A DNA stretch of 64,000 nucleotides from Epithemia pelagica. Lineage: Eukaryota > Protista > Bacillariophyta. Numbering within the stretch: position 1 is the stretch's first letter; each line of letters begins with the position of its first letter. The stretch covers positions 1,116,001 to 1,180,000 of the forward strand of contig OX337236.1 in the NCBI GenBank assembly GCA_946965045.2, given 5' to 3'. A program made the position numbers and the translations under genes. This document shows positions 34,750-45,725 of this stretch, in pieces. Under the pieces are notes generated by a model, which saw nothing but the letters and a program-made list of their open reading frames with translations, ran no database searches and was not told the origin of the DNA.

Positions 34750-35870
34750 TGAAATCATGGACAATCTCTGCGCCCGCATCCATCAAGTTTTCTAGACGGT
34801 GGAAATTTCATTGGTAGCGCCATCCACAGTATCCGTTTCTAGCGCATCACCCACCATACACACGACTGCGCTCCTATGGTTTGCTTTGTTTCGTCAAGGC
34901 AATGTCGTAAATGTCCTGAAATGGTTTCCCTATTCATTCGTCTGGGTTGGTGACGCACATTGGGATTTGGCGCAGGGCTGCTTGTTGCAAACATTCCTCC
35001 AGGGCGGATTGGTACGCTTCTTCATCATCGTGTTGTTTACATCTTCGCACATTGCAAGTCGACCTCGCCACTCTTGCTGCATCATCCGCATTCTTGAATT
35101 GGATTGCCTCTTCTTTTTCGTCATCTTCATTCTCTGGACTGTTGTTGTTGCTGCTTGGTGGAGGAGACTGTGGCTGCGGTGAAGCCGCGCTCTCGGCACA
35201 ACTCCAGTAAACCTCTGGGTCCTGTTGGGTGTGAAGCGGTTGTCCAGGAGGATTGAGTTCCTCGTCATCATCATCATCATCATCAAAGGCCAGACTTGGA
35301 ACAGTTGGTTGACCTTCGTGGAGTTTTCTTGGACGAAGTGGCATCTTCTTCTTCGTCTTGTTTGTCTCGTTGGTCCAGTGCTGTGATCCAATGGCAGCGG
35401 CTTGAGCAAATTGACAGGTGCATCGTCCTCCAACGGGATGGAAATGTCGTCTGCATCGGGCAGTAGCCCTATATGTGCAGGAGTCAATGACAACAACAAA
35501 ATCGTAGGACACTCCTTCCACGACAATTGCTTGAGATGAAGACGATGCGCCGGTTTGTTGTTGGGTTTCAGCGCCATGAGTCAAGTCATTGATTCTTTTC
35601 CCAAAATGCACGGTATCCTCGGACAAGGAGTCATACAAAAACTTCCACAGATTCCCGTAGAAAAAAGATCCTTGATGACGAGAAGCTCGTTGATTTCGTC
35701 GCATCATGGGCTTACCAACAAGGGCCTCCCAAGCCAGACTTGCACAAATCCCAAGCCACTTCCTTTTTCATGCAGAGGGCCAGAGGCGCGTTCGTATACA
35801 TCCATCTTTTCAAAAAGACCGTGGGCCTAGAGTAATCGTCCTCGGACATTAGTGAAGCCCCAGCAGTATC
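34750..35870 (-). pseudogene. Chimeric remnant: FAD-dependent monooxygenase N-terminal fragment joined to an acidic, possibly ankyrin-related fragment
   Basis: VYERASGPLHEKGSGLGFVQV and LWKFLYDSLSEDTVHFGKRI across frameshifts; ARNG and GAEIVHDFNGQT remnants downstream. Confidence 0.45.
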
Positions 35871-36228
35871 AAGCCTTCCCTCCGTGCGTCCCTCTGTCCC
35901 AGCAGCCGTCCTCCAACAACCGACAACCGTGTAGAAAACCAATCACGCCACTGTCAGTATTTTATCATAAAAAATGGGGATCTTCACGGACATCCAGCTC
36001 ATCATCAGCATTTTCAATCATTCAGAAACGTTCAAAAATATGAAGATAACATCTTCGAACCAAGAGCCGCACCGATGTTTTGACCATAGTCACGATTGAC
36101 AATCAATGGCCCTGCCTGGCTGAAGTTCCACTGGGCTGATAGTTGTCAGCAAAAGAATACACAACAGTTCGCTAATCCACCCGCTAGGAGGGTAAACCTT
36201 AGCGCTCCCAACTTCAACATCAAAAGGA

Positions 36229-36332
36229 TGACAGCTGTGGGATTCGAACCCACGCCAACTAAGACAACGGAGCTAATCAAACCGTTTGGTTTTACCTTAA
36301 CGTTGCGCCTTGGACCGCTCGGCCAAGCTGTC
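36229..36332 (-). tRNA. trnL-AAG: tRNA-Leu(AAG) with a 24-nt intron
   Basis: Acceptor GACAGCT/AGCTGTC, D stem GCC/GGC, anticodon stem CAACG/CGTTG with TT-AAG-G[intron]C, T arm GTGGG-TTCGAAT-CCCAC, downstream TTTT. Confidence 0.88.
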
Positions 36333-38089
36333 ACTGTAAATTAATTGAAATTTAGTTACCATTACATTGACTTACGACACCACTGCTCACAATTCACAAT
36401 AGATTGACTTTCGACGTTCGCTGCTCACAATTATTTTATTAAGGCTTCTAGGAAATTATTGAAATTATTGTGCGAGCGGGAGGTAGTGACCGAAAATTCG
36501 CGCAGAAAAACGGACAAAGGCACCACATCCAAACTCGAGGCATGGACTCAAAATCTTGTATTCCTACACACCGCACCCTCGGAGGAAGTGGCGCGACTCT
36601 GGATTCGACTCACCAGACAATCCTAAAATAAGGATTCACTTCCTCGACAGGATTCGAGCCGACAGCATTCAACAACCCTGATGGCACGAAGGTTGTCTCG
36701 TGGCATGATACTCTCGAATATGTCGCCGAATAGCAACAACGAACCCTACCACCAACAGGGACGCTCACAGGGATGGTCCCGTCCAATTTCCCTAGGACAC
36801 TGCTACTGCGGATGATGGCACCACCAAGCCAGCCAAGACCTCGTCCACCATTCTTCCCTTATGTTTCACCAACGGCGGCGTGGTCCAATTTCATGTCCAT
36901 CAAATTGTGCAGGGCGACGTGTTGATTCAATGTCGTCACGTGAAACCACGGCGCAAGAATGCCAACCGGTTCGCACTGGGTTGCTCGCAGTGTGTTGTAT
37001 TCCCGAACGATCCATGCGTGTTGCTCCTTGATTTCACCCTGTGAAGAACGATTTGAAGAACCAGCAGTCCGACAATTGCGAGAGGAACAGACCATGGCTC
37101 TCACCCAAGAGAGCGTGGCCAAGGAACCCAAAGCCCTGCAGAATCCAAATTTGTTGCTTGCCGTGGAATACGTGACGAGTATAATGCACAAATTCCTTTG
37201 TTTCGGTTCCATGACAAACAATCCTTGATCATTACCACTTCAGAAGACGAACTGAAGAACATAGATCATTTACTTTTCCTGAGCAGAATCCAGTGAACGG
37301 GACTACGGTTGCCTCTTCCCTACAATGACTGCGTGTTGAGGATGTTGATAACTTTCCCCCGGCAGAGGAGAGTCCTCTACCGGGGGAAGTCCGCTACCGT
37401 GGGAAAGTTATCAACATGCTCAACAGCAGCAACAAGATTTGAAATCTTTCTTAGAACTATCTATCTTGAGGACCTCCACTTGAGATGGTAGTGTTCTCGG
37501 GTCTCTGGTCTCTGGAGCAACGGTAAGGAACAAAGTAGTGACCTAGATCGTATTGTAATAACCTATCTATAATTCAATGTCATTTTTACGCAGGGACGTG
37601 CACGAGATATTTTCCACGACGACTGGTCTTTCGAAAAAAGCCCATTGCGAAAGAAAATGTAAGGGGAATCACCGTGAAATTTGAAAATCAGTCAATGGAA
37701 CCCCGTTTGTCGCCACATAATGGGATCATTCTTGTCAAACCAAGTGCTTATGGTGGAACAAGGAATTGAATTGAAAGGTACATGAAACGACACTATTTTT
37801 CAAACAAGTTGTAACCTCTACCTACTCCTACCGTCTAGGCCGGTGTACTGCTACCCTCTCTCTAGAGAGACAAAGAGCAGAGAGGTAGATGACATAACTT
37901 TTCAATTACGCCCTAGATTTTTCGCGACAAGATTATCAATAATTTTGTATGCTTTTCTTATAGACAGGACGCTGGTAAGGAACACAGTAGACGTTCGTAC
38001 TTACTTCATGGAGGGCAACTATTGTAGACATCGGTGGACCAGAGCAAAGAACATTTGGAAATTGGTACAACTACTTGACTCAGTTCACC

Positions 38090-38764
38090 ATGATCACGAC
38101 ATTACGCTTTTTGTTGTTGTTGATTGCTGCTCTAGCGTCTGCGTCGACCTATGGATTCACGTTCTGTCCAAGATCCATCATTCCGTCTCCCGCTACGAGG
38201 TCAACAAACAGTAAGACAACATCGACGACACAACTTCTCGAAACGGCATCCCAACAAGCGGAATACGGAAAGTCTCTCGAACTTCCCAAAACTTACGTGA
38301 AATGTGGGAAGTGCCAAACAGTCTATGCTGTTCAAGCATCAGATCTTGGTGATAAGGGCCGGGGGCGTCGTTTGGGTTGTTCTGTATGTGGACACTCTTG
38401 GTATCAATCAAAAGATCGACTCATGACTCTGCGGGATGGCTTTGAAATGATTGAGTTGCCTGAAAGTGATAAGGAGAGAATTGAGTTAAATATGAAAGAA
38501 GGCAAGTCGCCAGGTTTTACTGGCGATGTCAAGCTGTATGTTGGCAATATTTCTTTTGAATGTCATGAAGACGATCTGAGAAATTTGTTTGAAAGTGTTG
38601 GATCGGTGGGTGATGTCAGCTTAGTTCGTGATGACGAGGGAAAGAACCGTGGCTTTGGGTTTGTCACTATGCGGACCAAGGAGGACGGCGAAAAGGCCTT
38701 GGAGGAACTCAATGGATCCAGTATTCGCGGACGAAGCATCGCTGTTCGTGAGTCGACAAACTAA
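38090..38764 (+). CDS. Probable plastid-targeted zinc-ribbon plus RRM RNA-binding protein
   Basis: Signal peptide ending TYG-F then Ser/Thr-rich transit peptide; CGKC...CSVC; RNP2 LYVGNI and RNP1 RGFGFVTM. Confidence 0.88.
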   Translation: MITTLRFLLLLIAALASASTYGFTFCPRSIIPSPATRSTNSKTTSTTQLLETASQQAEYGKSLELPKTYVKCGKCQTVYAVQASDLGDKGRGRRLGCSVCGHSWYQSKDRLMTLRDGFEMIELPESDKERIELNMKEGKSPGFTGDVKLYVGNISFECHEDDLRNLFESVGSVGDVSLVRDDEGKNRGFGFVTMRTKEDGEKALEELNGSSIRGRSIAVRESTN

Positions 38765-38916
38765 TCGGAGAAGAACTCAGCAAGACACGCAACCACACAA
38801 GATAACGCTTCACTACTCTTGATGTATAATATCCAACGCAGCACAGCTCGGTATGTATAATGGTCTAAGCAAAAATTGGTCTCCTCTATAGAAAAAACAA
38901 AGCACAAGGATCCATG

Positions 38917-39864
38917 CTATACCTTTCGTTGAAAATAGGGGATTTTCCATCCGAAATTGCGTCCTGCTGCCGCCATTTGGTTCCATGTGAGAAGTAACTG
39001 CCGCTGTAGATCAGTTTCCACGGTGAGGCAGTATTCCTCTGATACAGATCGCCAAGTTGATTGATAGAGATGCTTTGATAAAGCTACGGCATCAGGGGAT
39101 CGTTCCACAATGTTCTTCGTCAGCTCCTTAGCCTCTGCTAGAGGATCGGCTGCGGTACGAGTAATCAAATGAATGCGGGCGGCTTCCTCACCTGTGATGA
39201 TTCTCCCAGTCATGGTGAGTTCTTTGGCAACATCAATCGAAACCAATTCTCTTAATGTGACACTCGCACTCATGTCCGGAATCAAGCCCCACTTCGTTTC
39301 CATAATGGACAATTTACAATCGGGCGTGGCCAGTCGAAAGTCGGCACCCAAGGCTATCTGCATCCCCCCGCCAAAACACATTCCATGCAAGCAAGCAATC
39401 ACAGGAACATTCAGCTGTCTCCATTGATATCCTAGTTCTTGCGCTAAATTGGCATTTTGTCCATCCGCTCTGTCCAGTAACTCCCGAAGTAACTTATACG
39501 GGTTCCCTTGTGTTCCATCCTTGATGATGGATGGTACATCTAGACCAGAACAGAATGCCCTCCCAGTTCCAGAAAGAATCACTGCACGCACTTCCTTGTC
39601 ATTGCTGATCTTCTTTCCAGTTTCCGACAAAGCCTTGAACATTTTCATGTCCAGCGCATTCAGTTTTTCTGGTCGGTTTAAGGTAACATGACATATGCCC
39701 TGATTGTCCTTGTCAATCTTTACTCGATCATGCAGAACTTCCGAATTGAGTTGGAGCGACTGGGCTGAAGAGTGAAAGAGTCTTTTATGGCTTCTATGAA
39801 GCACATGGCTGTTGTTCCAAAGAGAATGGTGCAAACAACAACGGCGTGATGCGTGAAAGAACAT
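38917..39864 (-). CDS. Enoyl-CoA hydratase/isomerase (crotonase family), probably mitochondrial
   Basis: LNRPEKLNAL, AFCSGLD, HGMCFGGGMQIALGADFR, ETKWGLIPDM; basic N-terminal presequence. Confidence 0.92.
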   Translation of the reverse strand: MFFHASRRCCLHHSLWNNSHVLHRSHKRLFHSSAQSLQLNSEVLHDRVKIDKDNQGICHVTLNRPEKLNALDMKMFKALSETGKKISNDKEVRAVILSGTGRAFCSGLDVPSIIKDGTQGNPYKLLRELLDRADGQNANLAQELGYQWRQLNVPVIACLHGMCFGGGMQIALGADFRLATPDCKLSIMETKWGLIPDMSASVTLRELVSIDVAKELTMTGRIITGEEAARIHLITRTAADPLAEAKELTKNIVERSPDAVALSKHLYQSTWRSVSEEYCLTVETDLQRQLLLTWNQMAAAGRNFGWKIPYFQRKV

Positions 39865-39929
39865 CGAGCAGATTTCCGAAGATACCAAAATGATGAAAAC
39901 ATGAGATCTTGATGAGGAGATGGGAAATG

Positions 39930-40676
39930 CACCCCCTAGCGGGGGTGGCTAAGAGGGTTTAATTTCGTGTAGCCACCCCCATCTCTCTGGTATCCGGTCT
40001 AGTCGGCAGGTATATCTCATTTTCACAAGCACGATAACAACACGACAATCAAACTTTGTTGTTGCTGGTGACCTCCTATGATCACCCCATCATGATCCGA
40101 CCATCGTGTGATTCATATTAGTACCATGGTAGTGCATTGTGAGCGGCACAGTGCATGAGGGTCACTCTAGGCAAGGATGAAAATAGTGGCCCAGCATTAT
40201 GGCATGACACAAGACCATGATGGCCCCAAAAACACATGGGAATAGAGGTCCTGCTGTCGATACACTCCGTTACTACTGTTGTGTATATTGTGTACCATTA
40301 GGCGTCGAAACAATGAATGATAAGAGCCATACATCCCTCTGAGATGCTTCGTTCGAAATGGTGAGGCGTTGCTTCCGTTTGACCGTGCCACGAGGCATGG
40401 TGCCTGTGAACCAGCTCCACAATAGACTCAACCTTCATATTTTGGCCATGCAGATGTATCCTACGCTATTGGTTAGAGGCCTATGACTCGCCCGACAGGT
40501 ACCAAGTGTCAAAATAGGTGCACAACAACAGGTGCAACACCGAGGTCCGTGTTGTTATCGCGATGGATGGAATGAGATATGCCTGCCGACTAGAAACAGG
40601 TTATTTTTCTACGAACCAGAGAGATGGGGGTGTTTCAACGAAATTACAACCTCAAAAACATCCCCGCTAGGGGGTG
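39930..40676. mobile_element. Non-autonomous Mutator-like (MULE) element, 747 bp
   Basis: About 90-100-bp imperfect TIRs starting CACCCCCTAGCGGGG; exact 10-bp TSD ATGGGAAATG (39920-39929 and 40677-40686). Confidence 0.85.
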
Positions 40677-41094
40677 ATGGGAAATGGACGCCTTCCTATT
40701 GTAAATCCTATCGGGACTTCATCCTGTGGTCTTACAAGAATTAACCGCTATTAAACGGCCAATATATGAGGACATAAAATCTAGTGTAATATTTCAGTCC
40801 CAACTTGTATCTGTCATTGAATTTATCATTTCTCCAATCTAGGTATTAGCTAGAAATTTCGCTCGGCGAGGCGAGAGTGCTGTCCCTGCGTGTTTTTTCC
40901 GTCAGCATCCGCCGCCAAATTAATGAAAAAAGCGAGGAACGTGTTGTGCCGGTTGGTGTTTGGATCTTATCGCTCTGCCTTCGCGTTCGTGTATGCGTGT
41001 GGTGTGTGGTGTGCCTTGCGACAGCAGCAGAACGGCAAAACTTTATCGAAGCGTTTCGCGCTGCTTCTATTGGATCAAATAGTTCTAGCTGACC

Positions 41095-42048
41095 ATGAGT
41101 TCCGTTGTCGCTCGTGGACCAATCCAAGCCTTTCTTGGTGGAGCCACAGGACAATGGTTTGTGTTGGGAGCTGGAGCTATTGCGCTGTTTCCGGAACGGG
41201 TTGATAAATTGCTTGGTACGAGCTTTGAAAAGACTATTGCGGCGTTCATCAAGGCCGCACCAAAATCATCCACGTCAGATGCCCCTTCACCGATTGTAAT
41301 CCACACTGGAACTAGCAAGTCGGATGAAGGAAATACCTTTGTCACTACGATTGTGAAATATGGATGTGGAGCAGGAACAATTTGGATTGCGTACATGATT
41401 GCCGCAAATATGCTTCCGGAGTGGGCGAAGGACATGCTCCCGGTCTCGCGCAAGTTTTTCGATCGTGCGGTAACCAATTTGGGCAAGGGCATTTTGAATG
41501 TGAAGAATGCTTTGAGCCGGCAAATCGCTAATTTGAGTGCGAAACAAGATGATCTTTCGAAGAAACAGAGCGAAACACACACGGAAGTAGTTAACCTTCA
41601 ATCGCAATTGGGAGAGGCCCGTCAAGATTTGAGTGTAATGAACGAGTCTTTGGGTCGCTGTGAGGGACAATTGGAGACAGCCGAGCGCTTACAAATATAC
41701 ACTTCTCGTGGGGTCAAGTTGCTCGTACGATGTGTTGCCAGTGTTATGCCAGGAAATGACCGCATCATGTCGGAGTTGTTGCAGTTCACCAAGGAAGGCG
41801 AATCTCTCCAACAAAAGAAAGAGGAAGACAACAAGATGTTGGAATCCCGTCGTGAATCGGAAGCCCAGAAGGAGATCATGAAGTTGACCTCTCCAGCGGC
41901 AACACCCGCTTCCTCGACCCACAAGGCCGGATTCGTTTCCCCCGAGAATGAACATCCTCAGCAAAGGAACGAATATTCCGAAGAAGGCCTCCAAGAACTT
42001 TTGACGTTGGTCCGCGAAGGCAAGATCCACTCCTTGTCTAGTGTTTAG
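41095..42048 (+). CDS. DUF1664-like membrane and coiled-coil protein
   Basis: Two hydrophobic segments, MLPVSRKFFDRAVTNLGKGI, long coiled coil. Confidence 0.72.
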   Translation: MSSVVARGPIQAFLGGATGQWFVLGAGAIALFPERVDKLLGTSFEKTIAAFIKAAPKSSTSDAPSPIVIHTGTSKSDEGNTFVTTIVKYGCGAGTIWIAYMIAANMLPEWAKDMLPVSRKFFDRAVTNLGKGILNVKNALSRQIANLSAKQDDLSKKQSETHTEVVNLQSQLGEARQDLSVMNESLGRCEGQLETAERLQIYTSRGVKLLVRCVASVMPGNDRIMSELLQFTKEGESLQQKKEEDNKMLESRRESEAQKEIMKLTSPAATPASSTHKAGFVSPENEHPQQRNEYSEEGLQELLTLVREGKIHSLSSV

Positions 42049-42757
42049 ATTGTTTAGTCTCTACTTTTTACGTATGAATTTAATTCCAGTCTCATGCGCC
42101 CACCTTCTCATCTTTAACTAGGAAAGGCGAGGAACAAAACCCGACTTTTCCGTATTTGTCTTCAAGAATTCATCACAAGTTCCTGGTAGAGGTGGGTCTC
42201 GAGGACAGGTTACGCTCCATTAGAAATCAAACCCAAAGCACTTACCTTGAGCAATCGAAAGAGAAATGGGTAGAAAGCAATTGCGAACAGTCATTTTGAC
42301 CAACTCCTTATGACCAACTCCTAAAAGGAAACTTTCGGTCGAGGGAAAAAGAGCACTATTACATGGCATGCTTGTGTCTTGCACTGTCCTTCATTCTATG
42401 ACTCGCCATTGTCGTTGGAGTAGTTTTGAAGAGCTAGGTAGAGGACTCCACAAGGAGATGGCGAAGGGTAGCTGGTAGCTGGTGGACCACGGACAGAAAT
42501 AACAGAGACAGAAGAGAATGACGTGGAATGCTGGCCATGGCCAGTGGTTTGGGAAGTTCTCCTGCACCAATGGTATTCTCATGTTTAAATTTTTAAAATG
42601 ATGGACACTGATGTCACAAGGTGCGATCGAGGGCAATACTAAATCTGTAAGACGGAACATCAATCGCAATTTCTGTTGGAATGAAGGATTCTGCAGAGAG
42701 GTAGAGGTACGTGAGGAATCATCGACACAACAGAGCAATAATTATTGATGGATCTAC

Positions 42758-45322
42758 ATGATCTCTATTGTCGTCTTCCCTATTTCTCGACTGACAATCG
42801 AGACCACCATGAGTACTCGCCACCATCAGATGTCGAGAAAACCAGAATCTGAAGATGAACCATGTGATCTCAGGATGACCATGGCAAAACGAGGGAAGGG
42901 ACCACATCGTTGGTTTGAAGTTGTCTGCTGCGTATTATTGCTCGGCAACGTACGCCACAAAGCTCATGCCGTCAGCAACAGCAACTACAAGATCCTACAT
43001 CAGCACTCTCCTTCTCGTATGGATCCATTCTCTGTCTCACTTCATGGGCCCTTGATGGTCACAGCATTCAACTCTCAAGCCATACGACACAGTCGTCGTC
43101 AACGAAACGAACAGTGGTTTGACACCATGTCAGATCGTGAGAGGAGTTGCTCCTCCTTCGTTCAATGCTGGGCAAAAACGTGGAGCGAATACGACGAAGC
43201 GAAAGACCATGTTACCAGACATCGACGATCCATGAACAATCCTTCCCAGCGTCAATCATTTTTGTTCCCGCGTGCAGTTGCGTTAGGTGCCATACCGTCT
43301 TCTTCTTCCGCCTCCTCCTCCGCGTCTTTCTTTCAACGAAGCAGCAGCTCCAAGCGAAGCACTAGTTCGAGTGGCTCATCATCTCAGTCATTAGATGGCT
43401 TGAATCATAATCGAACATCGGTCAAGGGTGGTGGTTGGCGACGATTCTTATCCTGGACGTCCTTTCTTCACGTGGGAAATCGTGCGACACGAACCGCAAC
43501 CGCAGCCCATCCATCCCTCATTGAACCAATCGCCAAAGAACGAGGGCGCAACCAAAAACAGCCCAACACGGTTGCAGGATGGCGGACAACATCAGCTACT
43601 GATACTGTTGTAACAACGGATCAAAATCAATCACTTTCTGCTTTCCCATCTTCCACTTCTCTATCACCGTCCTCAGAAACAACTGACTCGGTCCACCTCA
43701 AGTTAAATGGCAACGGCACCTGCGACGAGGAAGATGCTCGAAATGGAGGCCCCGAGATGGAGATGGAAAAGAATGTGACGACAATTAAGGTACATTCGTA
43801 CATTCATCCTCAAACAGGAAAAACGTGGAAAGCTGTCAATACTCCCAAGACAAAGTTTCTTGCTTTTCTGGAGTACAACAAGTTGTTATCAGGAAGACGG
43901 CGGTCATCCCAACAAAATAGCACAAAACCGGAGCCGATCATATTGACCAAGGAATTTCAATTTACGAACCCGAGTAGTCACAATGATGAGGTCGACAACC
44001 CAGTCTACTATCGCCGTATTGCTCTGGAACAAGAGAAACAGGAACGGTTGCGTGTCGAATGGCGCAAATTATGGAAGCAAGGACGTCTCTTGACGGATCG
44101 TACCGAGTTCTTGGCTGTTTATCCCAGCGACACTCACAAACATCGTGGCCAGAAACGCAGGGGTCTTCCGACACGAAGCAACCGAAACGGTACCGCCGTG
44201 AAACGAGGTGGCTTTACCGATCTCTTGCACTTGTATTGTGAACGATTGGTTGCAGTGTTGGAAGATGAACTAAACGACGAAAAGAAAGATCTGCACGAAA
44301 TACCAACAACGAATACCAACAAGCAACAGCATGACCCACGAAGAATGTGGCTTACCAGTGGACCCTCGCTTCTTACCACGTCTTCGACTTCTGTACAGGT
44401 GGCACCTCAGAAAACCTCCAGTGCACTTTTGTCTTGGCTAGAGGAGCACTATGGCAGCGAAGCAACAAAAAGTCTCATGGCTCAGAATTTGCACTCCTTA
44501 CCCGAAGCGCAACAGCTGGCAACATTCAAGCACTTTTTGGAATGGTTCCGAAGTTACTTTCCATATTATTACGATCGCTGCGGTGTCTGTGGAGCATCAA
44601 TCAAAGAAGATCTGGCAGCACATCCTCTGCCAACACCAACAACAACGGAAGCGAATGAGGAAGACGAAGAAACTTCGCCACAAGGCCCTCAACAGCAGAC
44701 CTTTGTCGGATACATCTATCCAGGTCGCGATGAATTGGAAGGCAAGGCGAGTCGGACTGAACTTTATCAATGTCACAAATGTCATGAGTTTACGCGCTTT
44801 CCTCGATTCAATTCGGCTTGGCATGTCATGGAGAGTCGGCGGGGACGTTGTGGCGAATACAGCATGCTGTTGTTCCGGTTTTTGCGCGTGCTCGGTCACG
44901 AAGCAAGATGGGTCGTCGATTGGGCTGACCACGTGTGGGCTGAAGTCTTTGTCTACAAGAACGGACACGATGCCGAAACTAGAGATCCAGCAGGTCGTTG
45001 GGTTCATTTGGATCCCTGTGAAGCAGCTGTGGATGAGAATTTGATCTATCAAGGGTGGGGAAAGAAACAAACCTACATTGTGGCTTTTTATGCGCCAAAC
45101 CAAAGGCACGGGTCTTTGGACGTTCCATCATCCTCCATACTTCATGAGTTCCCTCTCATTGAAGATGTTACGTCCACATATACCAGCGATGATGCTTCTA
45201 CGATTCAGCAGCGCCGCGATGAATCGCCCGAACAAGTTCGTACCTCGGTGGAACAAGCACTAGAGCACTTGCAAACGCACCGTGGACCTATCGCACGTGC
45301 AAGACATTCCGACAAGAATTAG
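42758..45322 (+). CDS. PNG1: Peptide:N-glycanase (transglutaminase fold) with long N-terminal extension; true start uncertain
   Basis: Zn pairs CGVC and CHKC, TRFPRFN, RRGRCGEY (Cys), DWADHVWAEV (His), WVHLDPCE (Asp), WGKKQTY. Confidence 0.9.
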   Translation: MISIVVFPISRLTIETTMSTRHHQMSRKPESEDEPCDLRMTMAKRGKGPHRWFEVVCCVLLLGNVRHKAHAVSNSNYKILHQHSPSRMDPFSVSLHGPLMVTAFNSQAIRHSRRQRNEQWFDTMSDRERSCSSFVQCWAKTWSEYDEAKDHVTRHRRSMNNPSQRQSFLFPRAVALGAIPSSSSASSSASFFQRSSSSKRSTSSSGSSSQSLDGLNHNRTSVKGGGWRRFLSWTSFLHVGNRATRTATAAHPSLIEPIAKERGRNQKQPNTVAGWRTTSATDTVVTTDQNQSLSAFPSSTSLSPSSETTDSVHLKLNGNGTCDEEDARNGGPEMEMEKNVTTIKVHSYIHPQTGKTWKAVNTPKTKFLAFLEYNKLLSGRRRSSQQNSTKPEPIILTKEFQFTNPSSHNDEVDNPVYYRRIALEQEKQERLRVEWRKLWKQGRLLTDRTEFLAVYPSDTHKHRGQKRRGLPTRSNRNGTAVKRGGFTDLLHLYCERLVAVLEDELNDEKKDLHEIPTTNTNKQQHDPRRMWLTSGPSLLTTSSTSVQVAPQKTSSALLSWLEEHYGSEATKSLMAQNLHSLPEAQQLATFKHFLEWFRSYFPYYYDRCGVCGASIKEDLAAHPLPTPTTTEANEEDEETSPQGPQQQTFVGYIYPGRDELEGKASRTELYQCHKCHEFTRFPRFNSAWHVMESRRGRCGEYSMLLFRFLRVLGHEARWVVDWADHVWAEVFVYKNGHDAETRDPAGRWVHLDPCEAAVDENLIYQGWGKKQTYIVAFYAPNQRHGSLDVPSSSILHEFPLIEDVTSTYTSDDASTIQQRRDESPEQVRTSVEQALEHLQTHRGPIARARHSDKN

Positions 45323-45725
45323 GGCCGAACGGTATTTGCGAATCCTCAAAGCTGTCGAAGAACTGGTGCATTTATACGACTTGATGATTGACGTACATCC
45401 GCAGTTGAGAAGTCGTTGGGTGATTGGTCATAATGGTCTTGATGAAACTGAAATGTATCAGATCAACCCCGACAAAATGTTTTTCTTATGTCGAGACGAG
45501 GATGTCTTATTGTATGCCAAGGACGAGGATTTTCGGATCGACGTGAATCAAGCGTTTGAAGCACGGGGACAGAGCACGGACTGGGGAGAGTCACACTTGG
45601 TAGTCAAGGTTACGGGAGAAAATGATGAAATAGAGAAATATGCAACATTCACCCACTTGGATGTGATTGTTCCTGGTCCTCCTCCTTCGAAAAAAGCCAA
45701 ATCAGTCCTTCATGGTAGTAAGTAA
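45282..45725 (+). CDS. Hypothetical protein fragment overlapping the PNGase stop, no ATG at its 5' end
   Basis: 147 open codons with protein-like composition. Confidence 0.35.
   Translation: MDLSHVQDIPTRIRAERYLRILKAVEELVHLYDLMIDVHPQLRSRWVIGHNGLDETEMYQINPDKMFFLCRDEDVLLYAKDEDFRIDVNQAFEARGQSTDWGESHLVVKVTGENDEIEKYATFTHLDVIVPGPPPSKKAKSVLHGSK

Noticed and set aside
36859-37228. Overlapping 120-aa and 89-aa ORFs
   Set aside because: No recognisable family; inside the fragment mosaic.
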